From: Macrostomum lignano
Taxonomy: Eukaryota
Direction of reading: 5' to 3'
Assembly: GCA_002269645.1 (NCBI GenBank)
Contig: NIVC01001061.1
Coordinates: 1 to 64,000, forward strand
Length of the DNA stretch: 64,000 nucleotides
Under the pieces are notes generated by a model that was not told the DNA's origin, did no database searches, and saw nothing but the letters and a program-made list of their open reading frames with translations. This document shows, one piece after another, positions 23,309-35,884 of the stretch. Numbering within the stretch: position 1 is the first letter of the stretch; each line of letters opens with the position of its first letter. The position numbers were made by a program, and so were the translations under genes.

Positions 23309-24299
23309 TACAAGGTTATATCAACTATTCAAATACAATTTATCCAAATATGCAGTCTTAGTGTTAAGTACAGCCACTTTCATATCATGCATTATTATTG
23401 CACTGTCATTTATATGCTTAAATGTTCTATAGGGCCTAGCATTGAATTGATTAAAGAATATGGCATATGACAATAATATGCATAGATTAAAGAATTTGGG
23501 ATCAAGGCTCTACTGTCACCATACAAGGTATCACAGAGCCCAAAGACTACTATCTTAAGCATAGAAAGTATGTGAAAAAAGCCTAAAACATAAAGCTTAG
23601 TTAGGATCCATTGTTGTTATATGCTTTGATTGCTATATCTACTCACAATGCTTGAGATATACTTTTGAATAAGACTTTAATAAGCATTTGGCTAAAGAAG
23701 AAATCAAAAGACAAAAGTGCAAATAAAGGCTATATATGATCTGATGCATATGCATATACACTTAGGACACTTTCAAAAAATGTGTCACTTTTATCATCGC
23801 TATCTCTTATCTATGTTTGATAACAGGCATGTTCTACATGCCGAAAAAGTTAAAAGTGCCAATAAACTTGGTAATTGATTCAATTAGTATATCAGTGGCT
23901 ACAAGTAGCTGGCTAGATTTCTTGATTAAAAGGTTGTACCATTATGCACTTGTGTTATTCTCACAAGGTAAGTCATCTCATATTATCAGTAGACATGGTA
24001 TTATACCTTCATGACAAAGTATAACTATTAGTATTAGGCATACTGGGATATTGGTTAAATAGTGGCGAGCTATATAAGAGGTCCCAGGATATGGCCCTAT
24101 TAAGAATAGCAAAGTTAGTTTCCAATTTTAATTAGCCTATTCTGTATGCACTATTGCAGGTGCTTAATGGTTCAAGTATCAAAGAATACCTAAAGTGGTA
24201 TTTTATTGGCCTGCAGGATAAAGAGACAAATAGATATACCATATTAAAGGTCCAAAATTGGCCAAAAATGTAGAACATTAACTCATTTGTCCAAGCAGA

Positions 24300-24700
24300 T
24301 TATATGAAAGGCTTTTCTACCATAATCTAGATCATGAATAAAGATTGAAGCTAGAAATACACACCAAAAAAATTAGTACACACCTATTCTCTAAAAATCT
24401 AGGTAGATGTTGCAATAATAAATGACCTTTTTTGCATTGCAGCAATAAACTATTTTTTGTATTGCATAAGGGCATTTTCAGAAGAAAGGATTCACAGACA
24501 ATGGAAAACTTTTGCTAGTAAACAATTTAAGGCTTTCTGCAAACTTTATAATATCTGCCACACTTTCACTACCCTCTACCATGCCCAGTCAAACAGACTA
24601 ATAGAACAATTTAATAAGCAAATAAAGTTAATCATCACCTGTCTAATAAATAAAGATCATGGTGATTGGAACTTACTAGATCCGCCACTGTGCAGCAAAG
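24300..24700 (+). mobile_element. Degenerate Gypsy-type LTR retrotransposon integrase relic
   Basis: RIHRQWKTFASKQFKAFCKLYNICHTFTTLYHAQSNRLIEQFNKQIK...DHGDW resembles the rve core (RIHSDQG..F.S..F...C...GI....TTPYHPQ.NG.VERFN). The catalytic Asp is lost. Confidence 0.7.
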
Positions 24701-24721
24701 CATGCCTGCCAACTATCCGCC

Positions 24722-24846
24722 CATACTATGCGCAACCTCCAAAATTCGGTCAGCCGTGTGACTTAGTTTTAACAAAAATGCAACTTAGTTTTTGGCCAAA
24801 AATACAACTTACCTGTAAAAGAAACTAAAGCAAACTTAATGCAATT
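24722..24846. mobile_element. Left half of the same hAT-like MITE, truncated just before the 28S segment
   Basis: CATACTATGCGCAACCTCCAAAATTCGGTC...AAAGCAAACTTAATGCAA is nearly collinear with 23015-23138. Confidence 0.85.
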
Positions 24847-25014
24847 AATGCATTCTTCTTATTTGTAAAACAAATCTATTTTTTTGTCTATTCAAGCTTC
24901 CTAAATTATACTTTGCTTTAAAATACACACAATACATATTATCTTGCCTAAATTATGTTAATAAATGACCGCCATTTTTTATGAAATCACAATATCATTA
25001 CAATATCATCATCC

Positions 25015-25080
25015 TGTCTCCCCCGTCTTCCCTGTCTCTCTGTTTCCTGTCTCCCCTGTCTATCTGTCTCCCAGTCTCCC

Positions 25081-25156
<76 letters not shown>

Positions 25157-25195
25157 AATCTGTCTCCCTGTCCCTGTCTCCCCTGTCTCCTGGCC
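25015..25195. repeat. (CTGT)n microsatellite flanked by CTGTCTCCC units
   Basis: Seen directly in the sequence. Confidence 0.9.
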
Positions 25196-25499
25196 TAATT
25201 CTAATATTTGTGATTGTAAAATAATTTAAATAAAAATGATATCTCTTGGTTGCTCTCACAATCATCAATTATATATAATTTTCCCATTTAAACGAACGAT
25301 TGTATAAAAAGTTCCAAATACTTCGGGTGTGTCATAAGTAATGTCACTGCAGGCTTCTGTCTAAAATATGTAGGCACATGGACTTTTGGGTAGTTGTAGC
25401 TGCAAAGTAAGTGAAGCAATAGCAGTGCATTTGAGACGTGCATAGGTTGTTTATGGCTCAAGCTATCGCAAGAATACGCCAAGCAGATTTAGCAAGTGC

Positions 25500-26160
25500 A
25501 ACGCGATGAAAAACCGTCTATGCAGCGTGTTCAGCAGCCGGGGCTTGAATGACATCCTAAACTGCCTGGTTGCTGAGGATGAAAGCTGGCTCCACCTGGA
25601 TGGCAAGGGCAGCAAGGCAGACAATCGCTGCTGGCTGGGAGCTGGGGACTCCAGACCGACGGTGACCAGGAAGTCCATCTCGGACAAGAAGACCATGCTG
25701 CTGGTATCCTTCACGCCAAAAAAACGAGTCTCCATCTGCACAACTCCACCGAACACCAAGGTTGATGGCCAGTATTTTATCGACTTTCTCCGGCACACTG
25801 GAGACCTCTGGCGCACTCTCCAGTCAAATCCATGTCACCTGGACGAGGTTCTGCGGCAGATGGACACCGCACGACCGCACACTTGAAGGCTGTTTCAAAT
25901 TTTCTGCCTGCACGGCGAGTGAATCTGCTCGGACAGAGTCCCTACAGCCCGGACTTCAACTTTTGCAAGAGATTCCTGTTCAAGTGGCTGAAGGCTGACT
26001 TTTCCAAGAAGAGTTTCACAAACCATGAAGAGGTCAAACAGGCCGCGTTGCACTGGTTATGGCAGTTGGAGGAAAAACACCTGTAGGCTGAGGTGGACAA
26101 GCTGTATGAGCATTGCCAGAGGGTGATTGATATTGGGGGACTCTATGTTGTTGAGTGGTA
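25500..26160 (+). mobile_element. Mariner/Tc1-family transposase pseudogene (5'-truncated, frameshift near 25880, stop at 26084)
   Basis: LVAEDESW, KKTMLLVSF, QYFIDFL, QMDTARPHT, then in another frame SPYSPDFN...FLFKWLK and LYEHCQRVIDIGGLYV. Confidence 0.88.
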
Positions 26161-28189
26161 CAGTTTTGTTCATCTGCGATTGCAAGTTCGTCTGTTTTCA
26201 GTTAGTCTAGGCTAGCCAAGTTACCGCGAGTAAATACGCGCCTACGAGTATTTGAACTCGCGCGCGAGTGTTCAGTACGTACGTGGCAGTGCGTCGATTT
26301 GTTTGAACTATGTACCTTAAATAAAGCTTAAGTAGATTAAAACAAACTGCTCGGGCTGCTGAGTTCCTTATGGCTAATCGATTAAATTTAATGCCCCTTT
26401 CCAAAACGCTCATCAGACAGGGTGTTACTCTTACCAATGACCGATGAGGAATTTAAAATTTATCGTAAATTGAATACTTTGTCTTGCCTCATGCTCCTGG
26501 CTCGGGGTTGTTACTTGCAGTAGTTAGTACGCTGCCACCTCTAAGCGAATGTGCGGAGAAGAATCCAATAAGACTAAAGTTAGCGCGAGCTGAGCCTATG
26601 AAATCTTCTTAGTAGATCTCTCGGATCTGAATGCTGCTTGAGAGTCAAGAAGTCTTCAACGGAACAAGATTTTATTATAGAAATGGGCGCTCCCAAAAGA
26701 TTTTAGTACACAGTAACTAGCATTGTCCGCGTATTGTGCACATGTGCTTTTGTAAAATTACCAATGAAAAGTTAAACAATTATTTAAACGAAGGAGCCAT
26801 CAGCTGTGCAGTAGCCGACCGGATTATAACTACAACTACAGTATAACCTGTCGGACTGAGCTTACCCCTGAAACTTTACAGCGAAAATTCTGAACTACTA
26901 AGAGTAGCTCGCTGCTGAAACCACTGCAAAATCGCGGAGAAGGAAAGTAGTGGTTTCTTCTAGAAGCATGAATGTACATGCAAGGTTCCTTGTTTGATTT
27001 GCACTGCATGGGGAATTTTTACAGTACATGTACTTTTGCGAACACTGGCCGCAATATTGAGTTGTTTTTATCTTGACAATCAAAGACTACTTATATTCTG
27101 AGGTACTGTCTCTCACAAAAACACGTGCGACACTTTAGGCATGCCCTGCGGCTATGTAAGTACATGCAAGTACTTCAATTCTAACAATTTAGCTCGTAGT
27201 TGGAAGAAGCAACGGTTAATAAACTATTTATTTATTCAAGTCCAACTGGAATTTGTCAGGGAGTAGTTAATCAACAGAAAACACATCATTTTTCGAGGCA
27301 ATATCCTGCTTTCCATTTTTCAATCCCTTTGCAGACACCTGAGCAGCAGGTCTCTTTTCGAGTGGCGGATGCTCCGGTACGACCTGCAGGACGGTGCGCA
27401 ACCGAGAACTTCGAAAACTATTTTTCATCCGGTTGCAGCATGGCAATTATCAAGTCACTAGCTCTATAATAATTCATATTATACTTACTTAAAAGACAAA
27501 ACATTATTGAAACCAATAGAATCACGGATAGTTGACTCTGCAACATTGTCTGGCCTTGTCTCTTGTGCACGTACAATCGTATCGCATTCACCTAGAAAGT
27601 CTGAGGCTGTATTTTATAACGCTCTCAAGGCGGACCAAGAACCGTGGAGTGTGGGCCGAGGCACTTTCTAACCATAGACTAAGAATTGAGCGGCGTTTAC
27701 ATATAGTCCTGGCATTGAAGCACTTTGAACTGTAGCAGCACCAAAGCATTCATCATTTATTCTAATTATTTCTTATTCTATATTCCAATCGCTTTAGTTC
27801 ACCCATAGACACTTCTGTACTATTCGTTCGCCCCAGCGCTAAATAGCCCCCAACGCAATGACAAAATATACTAAAAAACCTCCCGCTTTTGCTAGCTATC
27901 TTCGAAGTGCCACTTACACTCGTAAGCTTGTAGCGGTAACCTAACGCTACAGAACCATAGACTACACATGTAGGAACAGAGTTAACCTTTCATACGTCGA
28001 TATAGCTATTAACTTTGCCGGCTGATGCGACCATATATGCCCCATCATTAAAAGTACAGCATCAGCAATAAGCATATAATCGCAGCGCAAAACTATGATT
28101 CTAGTATACGCTCGTATCTGTGTATCTAAATGAGCAAATCATCGTCTTTTCTAGCGGAGAACATTTATCATCTGTACACTTACTTAAAC

Positions 28190-28745
28190 CTGTCCACCGC
28201 TAACCTGTCTGAACTAGCTTGTTTATATCAACCTGTCCACCGCTACCTGTCTGACCCAGCTTGTTTATATCAACCTGTCCACCGCTACCAGTCTGAACTA
28301 GCTTGTTTATATCAACCTGTCCACCGCTACCTGTCTGAACTAGCTTGTTTATATCAACCTGTCCACCGCTACCTGTCTGAACCAGCTTGTTTATATCAAC
28401 CTGTCCACCGCTACCTGTCTGACCCAGCTTGTTTATATCCACCTGTCCACGGCTATTTATCTGACCCAGCTTGTTTATATCAACCTGTCCACCGCTACCA
28501 GTCTGAACTAGCTTGTTTATATCAACCTGTCCACCGCTACCTGTCTGACCCAGCTTGTTTATATCAACCTGTCCACCGCTACCAGTCTGAACTAGCTTGT
28601 TTATATCAACCTGTCCACCGCAACCTGTCTGACCCAGCTTGTTTATATCAACCTGTCCACCGCTACCAGTCTGAACTAGCTTGTTTATATCAACCTGTCT
28701 GCTGCATGTACAACTAACCAAACCTGTCCACACCAACCTGTCCAC
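28190..28745. repeat. 42-bp minisatellite
   Basis: ACCTGTCCACCGCTACC(T/A)GTCTGA(ACT/CCC)AGCTTGTTTATATCA, about 12 copies. Confidence 0.95.
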
Positions 28746-29359
28746 TGACCCGGCATATCTCATAAATTAGACGATTTTACGAGCGTATAGAGACCGAAAG
28801 CAGAACAGCAGGCAGATCACCCAGCATCTGCAGGATGGGGGACACCCGGAAGTTTCAGCGCGCACAAGCAGACAAGTTCAAAATCCCACACATCCCACGG
28901 GTATAAACTGGGGCAGCACCCCTCCCACCTCGCCCATGTGCGGTTCGATTCTCGTTGTTGTTGGATTTTAGGGAGCGAAAATGTGGGAGAATTCCCCCCC
29001 CCGGCTATCTAATTCTGCCTCAGTTACCCCCACTCCCCCCCCCCCAATCGCCCAGAAAATCCATCAAAAACTGCTTCTGCCAGAAATTCTTCTTTGATAT
29101 CCAGCAGCGATGCAGTGGCGAACTTGTGCATGTCCCCCCCACCAACACCAGCCCGCCTGCTCCCCTGGGAATTGCAGGGTTTCATGCCGGTTGCCACAGG
29201 CAGAAGTGCGCGCGATTTTATTGAGCGGCTTGAGCAGAATGAGCCGCTGAGCCGCATATGTGAGATATGGAAGGTTATCTCTGCTCTGGCAGCATCGATT
29301 GCAAGCCAAGAACAGGCGCCACTGAGAGGCCTGATGGAGAACATCCTGCTGTATGCATG

Positions 29360-30772
29360 ACAAGATCATCACACCACTGTCTAACAGGATCATCACACCA
29401 CTGTCTAACAGGATCATCACACCACTGTCTAACAGGATCATCACACCACTGTCTAACAGGATCATCACACCACTGTCTAACAGGATCATCACACCACTGT
29501 CTAACAGGATCATCACACTACTGTCTAACAGGATCATCACACTACTGTCTAACAGGATCATCACACCACTGTCTAACAGGATCATCACACCACTGTCTAA
29601 CAGGATCATCACACTACTGTCTAACAGGATCATCACACTACTGTCTAACAGAATCATCACACCACTGTCTAACAGGATCATCACACCACTGTCTAACAGG
29701 ATCATCACACTACTGTCTAACAGAATCATCACACCACTGTCTAACAGGATCATCACACCACTGTCTAACAGGATCATCACACTACTGTCTAACAGAATCA
29801 TCACACCACTGTCTAACAGGATCATCACACTACTGTCTAACAGGATCATCATGCAACTGTCTAACAGGATCATCACACCACTGTCTAACAGGATCATCAT
29901 GCAACTGTCTAACAGGATCATCACACTACTGTCTAACAGGATCATCACACCACTGTCTAACAGGATCATCATGCAACTGTCTAACAGGATCATCACACTA
30001 CTGTCTAACAGGATCATCACAATACTGTCTAACAGGATCATCACACCACTGTCTAACAGGATCATCACACCACTGTCTAACAGGATCATCACACTACTGT
30101 CTAACAGGATCATCACACCACTGTCTAACAGGATCATCACACCACTGTCTAACAGGATCATCATGCAACTGTCTAACAGGATCATCACAATACTGTCTAA
30201 CAGGATCATCACACCACTGTCTAACAGGATCATCATGCAACTGTCTAACAGGATCATCACACTACTGTCTAACAGGATCATCACACTACTGTCTAACAGA
30301 ATCATCACACCACTGTCTAACAGGATCATCACACTACTGTCTAACAGGATCATCACACCACTGTCTAACAGGATCATCATGCAACTGTCTAACAGGATCA
30401 TCACACCACTGTCTAACAGGATCATCACACTACTGTCTAACAGGATCATCACACCACTGTCTAACAGGATCATCATGCAACTGTCTAACAGGATCATCAC
30501 ACCACTGTCTAACAGGATCATCATGCAACTGTCTAACAGGATCATCACACTACTGTCTAACAGGATCATCACACCACTGTCTAACAGGATCATCATGCAA
30601 CTGTCTAACAGGATCATCACACTACTGTCTAACAGGATCATCACAATACTGTCTAACAGGATCATCACACCACTGTCTAACAGGATCATCACACCACTGT
30701 CTAACAGGATCATCACACTACTGTCTAACAGGATCATCACACCACTGTCTAATAGGATCATCACACCACTGA
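29360..30772. repeat. 24-bp minisatellite with discrete variant units
   Basis: GGATCATCA[CACCA/CACTA/TGCAA/CAATA]CTGTCTAACA, about 59 copies. Confidence 0.96.
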
Positions 30773-31054
30773 CAGTAACAACAACGCAATCAATGAATAA
30801 ATTAATGAAGAAAAGCCACCGTACAAGAAAGTACTTTTTATGCATAAAAACATTACAGAATGTCTGTCAAGCAGTCTAAACATTTTACAGTGTGATTTAC
30901 TTTGTTTACCAGGAAAAAGCTTCAACGCAGGAATCAAAATCGATGTTCGGTCAAAAAGTTCAGCCTCGAATTTGTTGAAGTTCGAGTCTCTTCCCAGTTG
31001 CAAGCATTAGAAATATGAATTATAATGCATCAAGTGAGCCATGCACTCTGTTGT

Positions 31055-32660
31055 CTACATGGTACAGCACGAGCTCTCTCTGTCGTCTTTGCTCTGCTGA
31101 TTCCGCAGTCTCCGTTTGCTCGGCCGCAAAGCCAGTCTGATCGCCTCATCAAAGACTGACTTCACGTCCGATTGCAGCCGAGAGGAGCACTCCAGGTAGC
31201 AGGCGGCTCGGATCTCCTTGGCCAGGCTTTGGCCCTGTTGGATTGGGTGTTGGGGTAGAGCTGGGAGGTGGGTGTTGGGGTAGAGCTGGGAGGTGAGTGT
31301 TGGGGTAGAGCTGGGAGGTGGGTGTTAGGGTAGAGCTGGGATGTGGGTGTTGGGGTAGAGCTGAGAGGTGGGTGTTGGGGTAGAGCTGGGAGGTGAGTGT
31401 TGGGGTAGAGCTGGGAGGTGGGTGTTGGGGTAGAGCTGGGAGGTGGGTGTTGGGGTAGAGCTGGGAGGTGGGTGTTGGGGTAGAGCTGGGAGGTGGGTGT
31501 TGGGGTAGAGCTGGGAGGTGGGTGTTGGGGTAGAGCTGGGAGGTGGGTGTTGGGGTAGAGCTGGGAGGTGGGTGTTGGGGTAGAGCTGGGAGGTGGGTGC
31601 TGGGGTAGAGCTGGGAGGTGGGTGTTGGGGTAGAGATGATAGTGGATTGCTAGACTGATCAACTGTACAGCCGCCTCACCCTGGCGGCGGTGACTGGACT
31701 TTTCCCTTTTGCCCGCAGCCGGTCCAGTGTGGCCGAATCTTCTCGCAGATCCTTCTTGGTGCCAACCAGCAGGATGGGAGCCTTGGGCGCGTGCCGCTTG
31801 AGCTCGGGCACCCACTTGGAGCGGACGTTGTCACAGCTGACCGGGTTGTCCAGGGCGAAGCAGACAATCATGACATCGGTCTGGGGGTAGCTGAGCACTC
31901 TCAGCTGATCGTACTCCTCCTGACCTTCAGTGGGATAAAATAGGTCATAGAGCCTGGCTGCTAACATTTGGGGATTCTCATGATAATTTGGGGACTTTTA
32001 GAATAACTTGAGGATAATTAGGATGATTTGACAAATCTTGCGACGATTTACGTATTTGTAGGAGAATTTAAGGATTCTTGGGATAACCTGAGAATTATTG
32101 GGATAATCTGAGGATTATTGGGATAATTTGAGGATTCTTGCGATAACCTGAGGATTCTTGGGATAATCTGAGGATTCTTGGGATAACATGGGGATTCTTG
32201 GGATAACCTGAGGATTATTGGGATAACCTGAGTGTTCTTGGCATAACCTGAGGATTCTTGGGATAATCCGAGGATTCTTGGACATTGTTGAGGGTGACGG
32301 GGATCAATTAAGGATTATAGGAAAAATTAGGTAACTTTCGGGATATTTTGGAGATTCTTGCGATAATTTAGGGATTTCTGGAGATTCTGAGGATTCTCAA
32401 GGCAAGAATTAGGACTTCATATGTGACTAAAAGAATAGCTATTAGACAATAAACCAATTAGTCTCATTCAATCCGATCTCACCTGCTGTGTCCCACAGGC
32501 AGAGGCTGATCGAGCGCTGCTGCACCATCACGTTGGCGCTGTAGGTGTCAAACACGGTAGGGATGTACTCCTCCGGAAACTGGCCGGTTGCATAGGCAAT
32601 TAGCAGGCAGGTTTTGCCCACGGCTCCATCGCCAATGACAACGCATTTGATTGACTGCAT
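31055..32660 (-). CDS. Rho-family small GTPase (Rac/RhoG-like, divergent), 200 aa; exons 32660-32483, 31924-31680, 31234-31055
   Basis: [33 protein letters not shown]|[26 protein letters not shown] and a C-terminal CaaX CCTM. GT-AG introns with consistent phases (603 nt). Confidence 0.93.
31243..31635. repeat. 25-bp G-rich minisatellite, Rho GTPase intron 2
   Basis: GGTGGGTGTTGGGGTAGAGCTGGGA, about 16 copies. Confidence 0.95.
31970..32400. repeat. Degenerate 20-bp minisatellite, Rho GTPase intron 1
   Basis: TTGGGATAACCTGAGGATTC-like units. Confidence 0.85.
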
Positions 32661-32769
32661 GCTGATGTTGGATGCTGGTTGAAGGGTTTGGACTGTGTGT
32701 GGGCGCCCTGTGCTGGCTCTGGTCCGCAGTGCCACCCATCAACTCAGTCAAGGGGAATATACTGTACAG

Positions 32770-32820
32770 GAAGGGCGGGGCAGCCACCTCATGCCTTCAG
32801 GATTGGCTCTCATTGGCTTT
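32770..32820 (-). promoter_or_regulatory. Putative proximal promoter of the Rho GTPase: GC box plus two CCAAT boxes
   Basis: GGGCGGGG at ~32773 and ATTGG at ~32801 and ~32812, 110-155 bp upstream of the ATG. Confidence 0.4.
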
Positions 32821-33204
32821 ACCCCTTGCGAGCGAGCAAGCAGTGGTTAGGCACTTGAGTGCAGACAAGGACACCCGAAAGCAGAACTTGGAGTGCCAAC
32901 ACTTCTGCAAAACTCAACATTAAGTTTATACTAGCAATCTAGTGCCCCCCTTTGGGGCGCCCAAAAAGCAAGGAGCAAATATTATTCATGCAAATCCATT
33001 CAAAAAAGCACATTTTCTTGAGAACCCTTCTTCCTTCTTCAGTTCTATGAATCACCTTATTCGAGTAAATTTGTCATGCACAAAGATGCTTGCTATGAAT
33101 CTCTTGCTTCTTAAAGTAACAAGAAGGCACAACAAAATAAAGCCCTCACAAAGATGACAGGCATTCACATTAGCTCGAAAGCATCCCCAGACCCCAAGGA
33201 TCTT

Positions 33205-33690
33205 CCAAATAGCAAGAATCCCCCTGATAGCAAGTATCCCCTGATAGCAAGCATCCCCTGATAGCAAGCATCCCCTGATAGCAAGCATACCCTGATAGCA
33301 AGCATCCCCTGATAGCAAGCATCCCCTGATAGCAAGCATCCCCTGATAGCAAGCATCCCCTGATAGCAAGCATCCCCTGATAGCAAGCATCCCCTGATAG
33401 CAAGCATCCCCTGATAGCAAGCATCCCCTGATAGCAAGCATCCCCTGATAGCAAGCATCCACTGATAGCAAGCACCCCCAGATAGCAAGCATCCCCTGAT
33501 AGCAAGCATCCCCTGATAGCAAGCATCCCCTGATAGCAAGCATCCCCCAGATAGCAAGCATCCCCTGATAGCAAGCATCCCCCAAATAGCAAGCATCCCC
33601 TGATAGCAAGCATCCCCCAGATAGCAAGCATCCCCTGATAGCAAGCATCCCCAGATAGCAAGCATCCCCCATTCCCCCAGATTCCCCCAG
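33205..33690. repeat. 17-bp minisatellite
   Basis: ATAGCAAGCATCCCCTG, about 27 copies. Confidence 0.95.
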
Positions 33691-34074
33691 CTCTAAGAGT
33701 CAGGAGGCGCTTAGAGCTGCCCCGCAGTCAGCCTACAGTTGTCTGAAGAGGGGGGGGGGGTTGAGGAAGAATCATGATGCTGCTGGCTCTGGGCCTCCTT
33801 GGAGCTTGCAGAGCGGCTATGGTTACAATAGGCTATTAGGTCACCCGGGAAGCTCTCATCATTGTGTCCTGCGCCAGCTGGCGTCAGTGACTCCGTTTCC
33901 ATTTCCATTCCTCCTCCTTTGGCTCTCCGATCTCTCTCCCAACGACCGCTAGAAGCGGAAAAGGACGCGACGATTTTCACTTCTCAGGGGAAACATCTTT
34001 GAAGTCTCGCATTTGCCGAAAATTGACTTTCTAGTGGGGGAGATTGAAACTTTTCTTTAATTTTAAACCTGTCT

Positions 34075-35365
34075 AGCTGCCTCCCTGTCTACCCTGTCTC
34101 CCTTGTCTCCCTGTCTACCCTGTCTCCCTGTCTACCCTGTCTCCCTGTCTACCCTGTCTCCCTGTCTCCCCTGTCTAGCTGCCTCCCTGTCTACCCTGTC
34201 TCCCCTGTCTCCCTATCTACCCTGTGTCCCTATCTACCCTGTGTCCCTGTCTACCCTGTCTACCCTGTGTCCCTGTCTACCCTGTCTACCCTGTCTCCCT
34301 GTCTACCCTGTCTCCCTGTCTCCCCTGTCTCCCTGTCTACCCTGTCTCCCTGTCTCCCTGTCCCCACTCTCCCTGTCTCCCCTGTCTCCCTATCTACCCT
34401 GTCTACCCTGTCTCCCTGTCGACCCTGTCTCCCTATCTACCCTGTCTACCTGTCTCCCCTGTCTCCCTATCTACCCTATCTCCCTGTCTCCCCTGTCTCC
34501 CTGTCTACCCTGTCTCCCTGTCTACCCTGTCTCCCTGTCTCCCCTGTCTCCCCTGTCTCCCTGTCTCCCCTGTCTCCCCTGTCTCCCTATCTACCCTGTG
34601 TCCCTATCTACCCTGTCTCCCTGTCTACCCTGTCTCCCTGTCTCCCCTGTCTCCATGTCTACCCTGTCTCCCTGTCTCCCTGTCCCCCACTCTCCCTGTC
34701 TCCCCTGTCTCCCTATCTACCCTGTCTCCCCTGTCTCCCTATCTACCCTGTCTACCTGTCTCCCCTGTCTCCCTGTCTCCCCTGTCTCCCTGTCTCCCCT
34801 GTCTCCCTGTCTACCCTGTCTCCAGATCTACCCTGTCTCCCTGTCTCCCCTGTCTCCCTGTCTCCCCTGTCTCCCTGTCTCCCTGTCTCCCCTGTCTCCC
34901 TGTCTCCCTGTCTCCCTGTCTCCCCTGTCTCCTTGTCTCCCCTGTCTCCCTGTCTCCCTGTCTCCCCTGTCTCCCTGTCTCCTCTGTCTCCCTGTCTCCT
35001 GTCTCCCTGTCCCCCACTCTCCCTGTCTACCCTGTCTCCCTGTCTACCCTGTCTCCCTATCTACCCTGTCTCCCTGTCTCCCCTGTCTCCCTGTCTCCCT
35101 GTCTCCTGTCTCCCTGTCCCCCACTCTCCCTGTCTACCCTGTCTCCCTGTCTACCCTGTCTCCCTATCTACCCTGTCTCCCTGTCTCCCCTGTCTCCCTG
35201 TCTCCCTCTCTCTTGTCTCCCTGTCTCCCACTCTCCCTGTCTCCCCCTCTCCCTGTCTCCCCCTTTCCTGTCTCCCCCTTTCCTGTCTCCCCCTCTCCCT
35301 ATCTGCCTCTCTCCTGTCTCTCTCTCCCCTGTCTCCCTGTCTCCCTTTTCTGTCTCCTTCTCTAC
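34075..35365. repeat. CTGTCTCC(C)/CTACCCTGT 8-10-bp satellite
   Basis: Seen directly; same seed as 25015-25195 and 6680-7640. Confidence 0.93.
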
Positions 35366-35468
35366 TCTTGATCCATTTCCTCCACTTCCACCTAGCGCTC
35401 CTCACCTACCCATATCCAACTCCCTGTCTCCCAATGCATCGCGGTTTCTGTCCCACTCCAAAGCTCTC

Positions 35469-35720
35469 TCACTCCGACCCCAAAGTAGCCGACACCAGGA
35501 GGCCTGGATAGTGGACATTGGGCTGAAGGGCCACTCCACGTTGCACGCACAGCAAGGCAGACTGGAAGTGGAAAGAGCACTTCTTGGCCGGGCTCCAACT
35601 CTGCATGCTACAGCTGCTGCGCTGCATAAAACCGTAGCAGCGGCACTGCTGTTCCCCTATTTGTGGCGAATTCGCATTGATGGTGGCGGTCGAATTCCGA
35701 CTCGCTCGCTCATTGTGTAG
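35469..35720 (-). CDS. Possible Cys-rich exon of an unidentified gene
   Basis: A good acceptor (tttcctgttatag, 35722-35721) opens an ORF ...QQCRCYGFMQRSSC...KKCSFHFQSALLC... between two satellites. No homology recognised and the partner exons are not resolved. Confidence 0.3.
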   Translation of the reverse strand, partial: LHNERASRNSTATINANSPQIGEQQCRCYGFMQRSSCSMQSWSPAKKCSFHFQSALLCVQRGVALQPNVHYPGLLVSATLGSE

Positions 35721-35884
35721 CTATAACAGGAAATAGTGCTGCGGAATCTGTGGCCGAGCCATGGAGACCTTGAGCCAGAATCTGGACTGGCATTTTCATA
35801 CACTGCGCGCTGTGGGTTTTCAATTTAAAACCTGTTTTTTAATTGAACCAATGTTTGTAGGCGTTTAGCCAGGTATGCAATGGA

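Noticed and set aside
28790-29360. Possible small coding exons (MGDTRKFQ..., GFMPVATGRSARDFIERLEQ...LLYA*)
   Set aside because: Moderately coding-like, but I could not build a phase-consistent model or recognise a domain.
29064-30879. 593/508/501-aa ORFs suggesting a repeat protein, or a CRISPR-like array
   Set aside because: Pure 24-bp tandem units without unique spacers and no cas genes; the context is eukaryotic.
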